Counted from the stretch's first letter, positions 17,297 to 26,645 are shown. The stretch is 32,000 nt of DNA from Formosa sp. Hel1_33_131 (GCF_001735745.1 NZ_CP017260.1:690001-722000); one strand, 5' to 3'. Notes: generated by a model from the sequence alone, not told the origin. Made by a program: numbers and translations.

Positions 17297-18867
17297 TCTA
17301 TTAGGATCGATGTTTTTAATTGTTTGTTAAAAATAACCTCAATACATGTAGAATTAATGCGCTTATTAAACTCAGGGGCAAATTCAAATATTTTAGTGTT
17401 TATGGAAATTGCATTTTCAAAACAAATGCTGTGTTTGTTGTTAATTTTAAAGCCGTTATCGGTTGCCTTAAAATTAACTTCGGGATGAAAATGAAAGTAC
17501 GCTTTCGCATTTTTTGGGGTTCCTGATAAATCATCAATGATTGAGATTTTATGAGGGTTCCAAGCCCAAGCCCTTTTATGGAGAACTCCCAAATTTAAGT
17601 ATCCATCGTGGGATGCTTGTATTGATTGCTCTAATTCATTTTCAATGGTCACCTTGGCTCGTTTCGCTACTCTAAAGCCACTCCAAACCACACTGCTACT
17701 TATATTATTGACCACTACCGAATTATGTGCTTCTGTTGAACGCTCTTTAGCTCTAATATCTCCCACATTATAAGTTGAAATTCCTGTATCAACAAAAACA
17801 GGTGTATTGTTTATATATAATTCAAAATTAAAGGTGTCTGCATGGGCATGACCTGGCTGATAGGACGCTCCTATTTGACCAACATCCATTAATAATTCAA
17901 AATTTGATGCTTTAACCATCCGATACCCTGATGCTGACAATTTCATATGAGCACTCGATATTTGAAGTTTTTCACAATAGCTAAAAAGCGAATTAGAATC
18001 TGGGGAAATTTTATTAACGGAATCGTTTACCAAGGGAATCTCTCCATTAGTGTAGGTTATATTTTCAAGCCAACTAAGCATTTGAGATGCTTTCTGTATG
18101 AGTAATGGGTACAAATCAATTGCAAATTTATTAGGGTTGAGTTTAGATAAGTGTATGCAATCTAAAACTCTATAAAGCATTAATTGATGGTACATTGGAG
18201 ATAATTCAAAGTGCCCACCATCTGTTAAAATTTGTTCCTCTAATTCTTTTTTTAGGAGATGTTTAGCAATTTTGAAATACCTAGAATTATTGAACAAATG
18301 TGCTGAAAACCAAAGTGCAAAAGCATTTTCTAAGAGATGGTTTCCAAGCAGATGATATTCAAGGTTATTGCAAAGTCTTTGAGCGTCTGCCTGAATCACT
18401 CCAAAAATACACGGATCTTCTATTTGATGTCTTGATATAAATTTTATCCAATTGATAAGCCTCAATGCTGTTGGATACGATTCTTTACCATCAATTACAG
18501 ATGGATAAGTATCAATAAACTCGTGTATTAGTTTTACTCCCTCTTCTTTTGATAAGGCTTCTTGATTCAGAAAATCAAAATAGTTGAGATTATAGAGCCA
18601 TAATTTTTTATAGGTTGAAAGGTTCCAATTAATTTTATTCTCGAAAGAGTGTTCAATATTTATGAACTTAAATGTATTATTCCTTAGATAGGTTTTAGGA
18701 TTATAGAGTCCGTCTATCCATTTAATTTTCATCCATTCGCTTATCGGTTTGGGTTTTTTATTGTTTTGGATAAAAAGAGATTTAAAGCGGTACCATAGTT
18801 GATAATAGATCTGAATAAATCTTAATTTTCGAACTGTATGAAATAATAAAGGTATGTTTATAATCAT
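17293..18867 (-). CDS. Heparinase II/III-like (alginate-lyase-fold) protein, no evident signal peptide
   Basis: 524 aa. The alpha-helical N-half contains LLGNHLLENAFALWFSAHL. The C-half contains GASYQPGHAHADTFNFELY (the H-x-H-x-D segment typical of the Hepar_II_III C-domain). The N-terminus MIINIPLLFHTVRKLRFIQIYYQLWYRF has no lipobox or clear cleavable signal. Confidence 0.75.
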   Translation of the reverse strand: MIINIPLLFHTVRKLRFIQIYYQLWYRFKSLFIQNNKKPKPISEWMKIKWIDGLYNPKTYLRNNTFKFINIEHSFENKINWNLSTYKKLWLYNLNYFDFLNQEALSKEEGVKLIHEFIDTYPSVIDGKESYPTALRLINWIKFISRHQIEDPCIFGVIQADAQRLCNNLEYHLLGNHLLENAFALWFSAHLFNNSRYFKIAKHLLKKELEEQILTDGGHFELSPMYHQLMLYRVLDCIHLSKLNPNKFAIDLYPLLIQKASQMLSWLENITYTNGEIPLVNDSVNKISPDSNSLFSYCEKLQISSAHMKLSASGYRMVKASNFELLMDVGQIGASYQPGHAHADTFNFELYINNTPVFVDTGISTYNVGDIRAKERSTEAHNSVVVNNISSSVVWSGFRVAKRAKVTIENELEQSIQASHDGYLNLGVLHKRAWAWNPHKISIIDDLSGTPKNAKAYFHFHPEVNFKATDNGFKINNKHSICFENAISINTKIFEFAPEFNKRINSTCIEVIFNKQLKTSILIE

Positions 18868-18987
18868 AATATGTAAACATCTTCTCTCATCTCTTTTTGT
18901 ATAACGATATACCTTTTAGCAGTTGCACCTATTATGTTCATCTCGATTATAAAACCTGGTGCTTCCAATCTAACTAACTTTGTGAAA

Positions 18988-20019
18988 TTATTTTAGTTTA
19001 AAAAAATCCGCAAAAACCTTATCAATATCATACGAGCCTACACTTTTAACAGCACCCTTTTCAAGTTGTTTTAAAAAAGGTAAGTTTTCTATTAGTTTCC
19101 TCATGGCTTCTGATAAACTTTCATGGTTTTTCGGAGAAATCAAAATTCCATTAATATTGTGATGTATAATTTCTTTGTTATGATTCCAATCACTAGCAAT
19201 CACAGGAAGAGCCGAAATAAATGCATCAATCAACACTCCAGCATAGCCTTCACTTTTCCAAAAAGTGGGAAAAAGCATAGCATTATACTGAGACAGTATT
19301 TCATAATTATTTAGGTTTTGCAACTGTAAGAATCCTTTATATTTGATATTTTCAACTTTTGAAATTAGAGTTTTAAAAATGGCTTCATATCCTGTTTCAA
19401 CACTATCATCAAAATTACCATAAAAAGAAACCTCAAACCGTTTTTGAAACCCTTCCAAGTTTAGCTGTTTTACAGCCTCAATAATTAAGTTTATCCCTTT
19501 TGTAGGTGTAATTCTAGAAAGAAATACAAATTTTATAATACTGTAATTTTTATCAATAACAAGTTTTGGAATATATTTGATATTTGATATTTGAGTCACA
19601 TTATTTAATCCCAAGCGCCCCAGTCCATCGACCATTTGGTTAGATTCCGGATAAATAGCTTTAAGAGATCTAAAAAGTGCTAACTGATTTTGATTTTTTT
19701 CGAGCCATTTGTGAAAGATCCCCCCAACTACAAAAAAATAAATGTTGTTTTTTGAAGAGACCCTAAATAGCTTGAAAATTTTTAATAAACTCAGAGTACT
19801 TTGATAGGACAGGGAAAGATATATTTGTTGATTTTTTGAAAACAAAACATATTTTATAAGCTGAAAACCAATACTTAAAAATCGTTTTTTCCATTGGTGG
19901 GTGTCAATAATATCGGCATTGATATTGTTTCTGAAAAAGTAATTTACAATTTGTTGGTTTTTAGCTTCTTCACCTCCTCTAGCTATTTTATTTAGATTAA
20001 TTCCTGCTATAAATATCAT
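18988..20019 (-). CDS. Glycosyltransferase, GT-B fold (GT4/GT1-family C-terminal domain)
   Basis: C-terminal AMLFPTFWKSEGYAGVLIDAFISALPVIASDWNHNKEII resembles the GT4 E-x7-E region (here E-x7-D). The middle region KFVFLSRITPTKGINLIIEAV is also typical. Confidence 0.75.
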   Translation of the reverse strand: MIFIAGINLNKIARGGEEAKNQQIVNYFFRNNINADIIDTHQWKKRFLSIGFQLIKYVLFSKNQQIYLSLSYQSTLSLLKIFKLFRVSSKNNIYFFVVGGIFHKWLEKNQNQLALFRSLKAIYPESNQMVDGLGRLGLNNVTQISNIKYIPKLVIDKNYSIIKFVFLSRITPTKGINLIIEAVKQLNLEGFQKRFEVSFYGNFDDSVETGYEAIFKTLISKVENIKYKGFLQLQNLNNYEILSQYNAMLFPTFWKSEGYAGVLIDAFISALPVIASDWNHNKEIIHHNINGILISPKNHESLSEAMRKLIENLPFLKQLEKGAVKSVGSYDIDKVFADFFKLK

Positions 20020-20035
20020 TGAACTTTAATTAAAA

Positions 20036-21181
20036 TTAAAAAACACCCCATACAATATCCATGTACACTGCAGCATATAAAATTGGAGCTAACAGCGTAA
20101 TTATCATAAGGGCCAAATACTCTGTTTTATATCCAATACATGTTTTTAAATACATTGGCATGAGTAAGCATATTCCTAAATAATCTGAAAATCGACTTAA
20201 ACGTCCTGCTACTAATGAGGTATCAAAATAAGCAATATTAATCGCAGCTCCATAAAGGATAATAGCGAGCATCAGCAACAAAAACTTACGTTCCTTTAAT
20301 TTGTCATTCAAAAAATACAATACAGGGGACTTATAGGTTTTCCTTAAGACCTGAAATGCCATTACAGGATATATCAAAATGGATAATAGGGCTGTTAGTC
20401 TCACGGCTCTTTCGTCCTCGTTTATAAGGTGTTCAATTTTTACTGAAATAACATCGCTAGAAGGTAAAAAACTCAATAGTGAGGCTAGTTCATTAGTATA
20501 TGATCTAAGTGCTAGCATCACAAAAATTAAAACAAATGCCGATGATATGATTATTTTTAATCCCAAATAATAATCTGTAAAAGTTTCAAATCTTAACACG
20601 GAAAAAATTCCTAAAAACAAGAGTGTCATTAAAATATACTGTGAATGTAAATTGAAGCCCAAGAAAGAGAATAGTACCGCAAAAAAAATAGCTTTTTTCT
20701 TATTTGGATTTAATAAACTAAAAAAACCTAGCGCTACTAAAAAGTAAGACAGTGACGATCTTAATAAAAAATAAAAAATAGTAGGGAAAATAACTGGCAA
20801 AATCATGATCCAAAAAAAATATTTATAATCAACGTTAAAGCTTCTTAGCATGAAAACAGAAATGGCCACGCAGAGCAAAAAATTAAATATCAAGTAAAAT
20901 GAAAAATCCAAGTTAGAATAGGCTGAAACCAAAGAACTATACCACAAATAAAACGGTTCGGAATCAATTTGAGCAGCAGTGTTTACCCATGGAAACGCCT
21001 CAATCTTAAAGGCGTTAATGTAGGTGGTTTGATATCCCAAATAATCAGGTCCAAAATAACCGATGGATGGCAAATAGTACAAGAAAAATACACATCCTAT
21101 AATTATAAAATAAATAGCCCGCTTCTTATTTATAAAAAATAAAAAAACAGAAATTAATGTGAAAACATAAAAATACTCCAT
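20036..21181 (-). CDS. wzy: Polysaccharide/O-antigen polymerase, EpsG-family Wzy
   Basis: 381 aa and very hydrophobic, with roughly 10 or more predicted TM segments. The early YFGPDYLGYQTTY motif resembles the EpsG-family D/Y motif. It sits next to wzx and the GTs and is the most AT-rich gene in the locus. Confidence 0.7.
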   Translation of the reverse strand: MEYFYVFTLISVFLFFINKKRAIYFIIIGCVFFLYYLPSIGYFGPDYLGYQTTYINAFKIEAFPWVNTAAQIDSEPFYLWYSSLVSAYSNLDFSFYLIFNFLLCVAISVFMLRSFNVDYKYFFWIMILPVIFPTIFYFLLRSSLSYFLVALGFFSLLNPNKKKAIFFAVLFSFLGFNLHSQYILMTLLFLGIFSVLRFETFTDYYLGLKIIISSAFVLIFVMLALRSYTNELASLLSFLPSSDVISVKIEHLINEDERAVRLTALLSILIYPVMAFQVLRKTYKSPVLYFLNDKLKERKFLLLMLAIILYGAAINIAYFDTSLVAGRLSRFSDYLGICLLMPMYLKTCIGYKTEYLALMIITLLAPILYAAVYMDIVWGVF

Positions 21182-21264
21182 TAGTAAGGCAGGTTCTTAA
21201 ATGTCATCGACTTCAAATATTTATCTTATTTTCGTTTAAAATTATAGATTGAGAAATGAGGTTA

Positions 21265-22350
21265 TTAATAACTCCACTCCTGTAAGAATTTCTGAGCAAT
21301 ATGAATGGTGTCATGATTATTTTTTACATACTCACGCCCAGTAATAGATAGCTTCATAACTTCCTCTTTATTGTCTAATATCCATTCTACTTGACTATAT
21401 ATTTGATTGGCATCATTGGTGATGTTTATTAAGGGAGTCTGTTTTAATTTGTGTGTTTTTAAAAACACATCTTCACAACCGCCCATGACTACTTTACCCA
21501 TTAACATACTTATCAAAGCATTCATTGTAGGTTCAATAAAATTAGTTTGATCAATTAAAATATTTGTTTTGTTTATTATCTGGATATATTTATTGTAGGG
21601 CAAACTATCCGTTCTTAAATATGTAAGGTCTGAAGGATATTTTGATACCATTGTATTCATAGCCTTATCAATAGCATTTGTTCCTTTAAAACCATATCTA
21701 CCTAATTGTGCTCCATGATAGAAGATTATCTTATCTTTTAGAGTATTCTCCAAAGAGTTGTACTCTTCCGTATTAATTGGTTGTAATATAACTTTCCTAC
21801 AATTAGAAAAATGTTTGTAAGGTATTTCATATGATAAACTTCCTGGGATAATTCCATGCACGTTTTCTGCTAAAAACCGATTTGCATCAATAAAACTATT
21901 TGAGGTTTCCCATATAGACTTTGTCTTTTTCTCATCTTTTAAAGCACCTCCATGAGGAGATTTATTAAATTTCCCTTCCCTGTAAGCTTTCCACCAAAAA
22001 TAATCATCTCCAACTGCACTTAAAAAAACTTTTTTATTATTAAAAATCAGTTTTTTAAATAATTGAATATTATTTCCAAACCTAGAGAATACGTTTGGGT
22101 TTATAATCTGAATAATATCAAAATCTTTAAATGAATTGATTTTTGTGTTTTCTATCCAGATTCGTTTTATATTTGTTAGAAATTTGTTGTTGGATTGATA
22201 GGATAAATCAATGTCTCTATAAAAATTTTTATAATGATCACCAGCATTGGCTAAGACAACGTTATGATTAAGATGTTTTAATCCTTTTGCCAAATTGTTA
22301 TGATAGTTACTATACTCTCCTAATAATAGTATATTTAGTTTTTTACCCAT
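21265..22350 (-). CDS. Divergent GT-B-like putative glycosyltransferase (family unassigned)
   Basis: The ATG at 22350 (MGKKLNILLLGEYSNYHNNLAKGLKHLNHNVVL) is preferred over the TTG at 22389. A second Rossmann-like half begins at DKIIFYHGAQLGRYGFKGTNAIDKAM. No canonical E-x7-E motif is present. It overlaps the wzx stop by 16 nt. Confidence 0.5.
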   Translation of the reverse strand: MGKKLNILLLGEYSNYHNNLAKGLKHLNHNVVLANAGDHYKNFYRDIDLSYQSNNKFLTNIKRIWIENTKINSFKDFDIIQIINPNVFSRFGNNIQLFKKLIFNNKKVFLSAVGDDYFWWKAYREGKFNKSPHGGALKDEKKTKSIWETSNSFIDANRFLAENVHGIIPGSLSYEIPYKHFSNCRKVILQPINTEEYNSLENTLKDKIIFYHGAQLGRYGFKGTNAIDKAMNTMVSKYPSDLTYLRTDSLPYNKYIQIINKTNILIDQTNFIEPTMNALISMLMGKVVMGGCEDVFLKTHKLKQTPLINITNDANQIYSQVEWILDNKEEVMKLSITGREYVKNNHDTIHIAQKFLQEWSY

Positions 22351-23579
22351 AATATTTTTCTGAAAACGATTAATTGAAATAGTAAACAAGTCATCGCAGT
22401 GAGCATATAAGCTAAAGTAACGCCTTCTAATCCGATTTTTTTTATCAGAATCGTTGACAATCCGACATAAAGTATAAACTGAATTAATTCATTCATAACA
22501 TATAGTTTTACATGTGACTTAGCTAGTATCAAAAAACCGGTAACATAGCTGATTATTCTAAATCCATCTCCTATAAGTTGATACTTAAATAATGAAACAA
22601 CTTTAATAAACTCTTCAGAATATAAAAACAAAACCACATAGTCTTTGAGAATGAATATAAGTAATGGGAAAATAATTGCTATTGGAATTACTATCTTATA
22701 TATTTTATATAATTCTTTTCGTAAATCTTCTTTTTTAATTGATGAAAGGGTAGGCAATAGATAGGTACTATAAGATGTCGCCATAACCATTACAAGAACA
22801 GAAGACACTCTGATTAACGCTTCCCAGTGCCCTGCTTGCACTTCTCCGATTTCTGTGATTACTAGTGTACGAATAATAATATAAGCAACGGGGACGGTTG
22901 AGGCACTTACAAGTGCCATCACAGAATAGCTAAATAGTTTTTTAAAATATATTTTATCTATTATGACAAGCCGAAATATTGATTTCCACCAGTTTTGATT
23001 TCTAATTAAATATAAAGTACTAATGATAGCTATGGATTGGTTTATGGAAAAGGCAATTAATAACCCCTCCACTTTGAAAAAATATATAAATAATAAACTG
23101 ATTATTAAACCTAATATATTAGAAATAATATTAGCAACTACAAATAACTTTAATTGCCGCATTCCATTTAAAACGGATACAAAAATTATATTAATTGCGT
23201 AAGGAATAATTGCAGCCGCAATAATAAAAAACAAATAGTTATAGTCAAGAGTAAAGAAAATATACATCCCTAATTGTTCTCTAAAAACAATAAGAAAAAG
23301 TCCACAAGTAAAAGATGAAAACAGTGAAATCTGAACAGAGGCATTAATTGGCATCTGTTGATTATTGTTTTCACTTTCTGCAACAAGTTTAACGATACCT
23401 TGTTGTACACCTCCAGTACTAAGTGTTCTTACAAAACTAACTAAATTATTGATTTGCCCTAACAAAACCATTCCTGAAGGCCCTAAAGATATGGCTATTA
23501 CTTTAGTAATGACAATATTACTAATCACTCGAATTAAAGTAGAAATCCCAGTAAACAATGAAGAATTAACAAAATTCAT
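22335..23579 (-). CDS. wzx: Wzx flippase (MOP superfamily), WzxE-like
   Basis: 414 aa with about 12 TM segments. The N-terminal SSLFTGISTLIRVISNIVITKVIAISLGPSGMVLLGQINNLVSF...GIVKLVAE and the later YLLPTLS motif resemble my recollection of E. coli WzxE. It overlaps the wecE stop by 14 nt. Confidence 0.8.
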   Translation of the reverse strand: MNFVNSSLFTGISTLIRVISNIVITKVIAISLGPSGMVLLGQINNLVSFVRTLSTGGVQQGIVKLVAESENNNQQMPINASVQISLFSSFTCGLFLIVFREQLGMYIFFTLDYNYLFFIIAAAIIPYAINIIFVSVLNGMRQLKLFVVANIISNILGLIISLLFIYFFKVEGLLIAFSINQSIAIISTLYLIRNQNWWKSIFRLVIIDKIYFKKLFSYSVMALVSASTVPVAYIIIRTLVITEIGEVQAGHWEALIRVSSVLVMVMATSYSTYLLPTLSSIKKEDLRKELYKIYKIVIPIAIIFPLLIFILKDYVVLFLYSEEFIKVVSLFKYQLIGDGFRIISYVTGFLILAKSHVKLYVMNELIQFILYVGLSTILIKKIGLEGVTLAYMLTAMTCLLFQLIVFRKILWVKN

Positions 23580-24711
23580 TACAAAATGTTAGAATAGTTT
23601 GGGTTATTTTATTTAATTCCTGCTCAGATAAAGAGGCGTATAGAGGTAATCTCACTAATTTGTTTGCGTAATTTTCTGTAAATTTCAGTTTCTCCCCTTT
23701 ATATTTCTTGTGATAAAAAGGGCTTTTATGTAATGACAAATAATGAAATACCGAATGAACTCCATTTTGTTTCAAATAATCAATAAATTTAGTTCTAGTT
23801 TTAATATCGGGCATCACCAAATAATACATATGAGCATTATTAGTTGAATAGGAAGGAAAAAAAGGCGTTTTGATACCGTATGTATTCACTGATTCTAAAG
23901 AGGTATTATAATAATTCCATATTACTAGTCTTTTATTTTGAATTTCATCTAAACTTTCCAACTGAGCGAATAAAAAACTAGCGATTATCTCCGAAGGAAG
24001 AAATGAACTCCCTAAATCTACCCAACCATATTTATCTACTTCTCCTCTAAAAAAAGAGGCTCTATTTGTTCCTTTTTCCCAAATAACTTCTGCTCTCGTT
24101 TTAAAACGGTCTTCATTTATTACCAACATCCCTCCTTCGCCCGAAATTATATTTTTGGTTTCATGAAAAGAAAAAGCGCTTAAATGACCTATACTTCCTA
24201 AAATTCTTTTCTTACCATCATTGCCAATGTAATAGCTATCAATAGCTTGGGCTGCATCTTCGATAACAAAAAGGTTATACGTATCCGCTATTTCCATAAT
24301 CTTATCCATGTTGCAGGCAACACCTGCATAATGAACTGGCACTATCACTTTGGTTCTAGGAGTTATCAATTTTTCAATTGCGTGTTCATCCATTCCAGGA
24401 TGATCACTTCTACTATCTACAAATATTATTTTGGCACCTCTAAGAACAAATGCATTCGCTGTAGAAACAAACGTATAAGAAGGCATTATCACCTCATCAC
24501 CAGGTTGAATGTCAACTAAAATTGCAGCCATTTCCAATGCATCTGTGCATGAAGTTGTCAATAAACATTTATTAAAACCATAAGTAGTTTCAAAAAAATC
24601 GTGACATTTTTGAGTATAGTAACCGTTTCCTGATAATTTATTTAAATTCAGTAAATCAGAAATATACTCTATTTCTTTGCCAGTCAAGTAGGGTTTGTTA
24701 AATGGTATCAT
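23566..24711 (-). CDS. wecE: dTDP-4-amino-4,6-dideoxy-D-galactose (Fuc4N) transaminase, WecE/RffA-like (DegT family)
   Basis: MIPFNKPYLTGKEIEYI...LLTTSCTDALEMAAILVDIQPGDEVIMPSYTFVSTANAFVLRGAKIIFVD is nearly colinear with E. coli WecE as I recall it. The PLP-lysine context is SFHETKNI. C4 stereochemistry cannot be proven by eye. Confidence 0.85.
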   Translation of the reverse strand: MIPFNKPYLTGKEIEYISDLLNLNKLSGNGYYTQKCHDFFETTYGFNKCLLTTSCTDALEMAAILVDIQPGDEVIMPSYTFVSTANAFVLRGAKIIFVDSRSDHPGMDEHAIEKLITPRTKVIVPVHYAGVACNMDKIMEIADTYNLFVIEDAAQAIDSYYIGNDGKKRILGSIGHLSAFSFHETKNIISGEGGMLVINEDRFKTRAEVIWEKGTNRASFFRGEVDKYGWVDLGSSFLPSEIIASFLFAQLESLDEIQNKRLVIWNYYNTSLESVNTYGIKTPFFPSYSTNNAHMYYLVMPDIKTRTKFIDYLKQNGVHSVFHYLSLHKSPFYHKKYKGEKLKFTENYANKLVRLPLYASLSEQELNKITQTILTFCNEFC

Positions 24712-25421
24712 GGGGTCCAGTAATGATATATATATATTGTTGTTGTTGTTTTAAATCCGGTGTTAGTGTATAAGCTTAGCGCAGGCGTGTTAATTCCCTG
24801 AGTAACAACTTCAATTTTTTTAAAGTTGTTTAGTTTTGTTTGATTGATTGCTTTATTTACTAATTTTCGAGCAATCCCTTTGCCTCTTTCAGAACCTGCT
24901 ACAGCTATCAACACTATTTCAGACACTCCTTTTCTCTGTACTGCTAATGAAATAAAACCAATTATTTTATTTGAATCGCCTATGTAGACATAAACATCAT
25001 AATCGATAGAGTTATTTACAGATTTGATTAGCCATTCTTTATATAGTCTCTTAAATTCATTGTTAGAAAAATTACTATCAATATTAAACCTAGAATACTC
25101 ACCACTTTCGTATGCTAAATGCACTAATTCTGATAAACTGTCAGTTAACGGATTAAATGATCTTATGAAATCAAAGTCTCTTTGAATTAATTCTCTGTTT
25201 CCTATTGTTTGACTGAATGTGATTTTTTTATCAACAAATTTAAATGGAGCATCAAAAATTTCATTCTCAGACATAACATAGACCAATTTGTAATTTTTGG
25301 CAGCATCTATAAAACTGGAGTTATCAAAACTCAATGAATCATTTATTGTTATTTTCCCTACTTTATATCCAAAAAACTCAGAATCCCAATCAAGCCTTTC
25401 TATTGTATATTGTTCCTTCAT
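24708..25421 (-). CDS. wecD: dTDP-fucosamine N-acetyltransferase, WecD/RffC-like (two-domain GNAT)
   Basis: N-terminal IERLDWDSEFFGYKVGKI parallels E. coli WecD EPLTWENAFFG. The GNAT core is IGFISL...IAVAGSERGKGIARKLV. The C-terminal VVTQGINTPALSLYTNTGF parallels VATQMGNTAALKRYIQSGA. The stop overlaps the wecE start (ATGA). Confidence 0.78.
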   Translation of the reverse strand: MKEQYTIERLDWDSEFFGYKVGKITINDSLSFDNSSFIDAAKNYKLVYVMSENEIFDAPFKFVDKKITFSQTIGNRELIQRDFDFIRSFNPLTDSLSELVHLAYESGEYSRFNIDSNFSNNEFKRLYKEWLIKSVNNSIDYDVYVYIGDSNKIIGFISLAVQRKGVSEIVLIAVAGSERGKGIARKLVNKAINQTKLNNFKKIEVVTQGINTPALSLYTNTGFKTTTTIYIYHYWTP

Positions 25422-25433
25422 TTATTTTATAAA

Positions 25434-26645
25434 TTATTTTAATATCCCACAGAAATCTAAAACGACTTTGTCGTCTGATAATGTGATGGTTTTAAACGCA
25501 TCGTGAGCTACCAAAAACGCAATAATATCAGCTTGTTCCACTGCAATTTTATAGTCTGTTAATTTAAAACTGGGGTAAGATTCAATATTAGGTTCTACAA
25601 TAAAATGAACCTGATTCTGTGCGTTTTGTAATATTTTTTGTGCAATATATTTGGCAGGTGATTCTCTGAGATCATCAATATTAGGTTTAAAAGCTAGGCC
25701 CATAATAGCCGTTTTTGGCTTTCGTTTGTATCGTAGTTCGAATTGTAATTTAGCATTCTCTATTTTTTCGACACACCAAAATGACTTGTAATTATTAATT
25801 TCTCGAGCAGCACCTATAATCTTGGATTCCATTGGAAAATCAGACACAATAAAATAAGGATCTACAGCTATGCAATGGCCCCCTACTCCACAACCTGGTT
25901 GTAATATTTGAACTCTGGGGTGTTTATTGGCTAAAGTTATGAGCTCCCAAACATCAATATCTGCTTTATCACAAATAAGAGATAACTCATTCGCAAAAGC
26001 AATTTGCACATCTCTCGAAGAATTTTCGACGAGCTTACACATTTCTGCGGTTCGAGCATTCGTAGGGTGTAACGCCCCTTTTATATACTTTTGATAAAAA
26101 GCGATTGCTTTTTGTGTAGAAGCTTCATTGACACCACCGATTACTCTATCATTGTGTACCAACTCATACATTACATTTCCTGGCAACACTCGCTCTGGGC
26201 AATAGGCAATGTGCAATTTATCTTTTAATTCTGGACGTTCTCTATAAATAAGCGACATCATTTTTTCGGTAGTCCCAACAGGTGAAGTAGATTCAATAAT
26301 ATACAAATCACCTTCTTTGAATAATTGTATTAACCCTCTAGTCGCTGCTTCAACATAAGAAGTGTCTGGCTCATTTTTGGCTTTAAAAGGAGTGGGCACA
26401 ACAATAATATAAGTGCACGCTTCTACTGGAGTTTCAGATGCATTAAGATAACCGCCTTCAACAGCTTTGGCGACGGCATAATCTAATTCTGGTTCAACAA
26501 TATGGACCTTTCCTTGGTTAATGGTTTCAACTACTTTTGGATTGACATCTACTCCGTACACATATACCGAGTTTGAGGCTATTAAGGCTGCTGTAGGTAA
26601 GCCAATATAGCCTAATCCAATCATAACAACTTCTGGGTTATTCAT
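25434..26645 (-). CDS. wecC: UDP-N-acetyl-D-mannosamine dehydrogenase
   Basis: Contains VMIGLGYIGLPTAA, YIIVVPTPF, IIESTSPVGTTEKM, IAYCPERVLPGNVMYELVHNDRVIGG, RTAEMCKLVENSSRDVQIAFANELSLIC and LQPGCGVGGHCIAVDPYF. It is colinear with E. coli WecC. Confidence 0.9.
   Translation of the reverse strand: MNNPEVVMIGLGYIGLPTAALIASNSVYVYGVDVNPKVVETINQGKVHIVEPELDYAVAKAVEGGYLNASETPVEACTYIIVVPTPFKAKNEPDTSYVEAATRGLIQLFKEGDLYIIESTSPVGTTEKMMSLIYRERPELKDKLHIAYCPERVLPGNVMYELVHNDRVIGGVNEASTQKAIAFYQKYIKGALHPTNARTAEMCKLVENSSRDVQIAFANELSLICDKADIDVWELITLANKHPRVQILQPGCGVGGHCIAVDPYFIVSDFPMESKIIGAAREINNYKSFWCVEKIENAKLQFELRYKRKPKTAIMGLAFKPNIDDLRESPAKYIAQKILQNAQNQVHFIVEPNIESYPSFKLTDYKIAVEQADIIAFLVAHDAFKTITLSDDKVVLDFCGILK

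Noticed and set aside
21214-21221. CAAATATT (minus strand AATATTTG) upstream of wzy, considered as an internal promoter.
   Set aside because: The first consensus base is mismatched (A instead of T in TAnnTTTG), and near-matches are frequent in AT-rich spacers. This is not enough to call a promoter.
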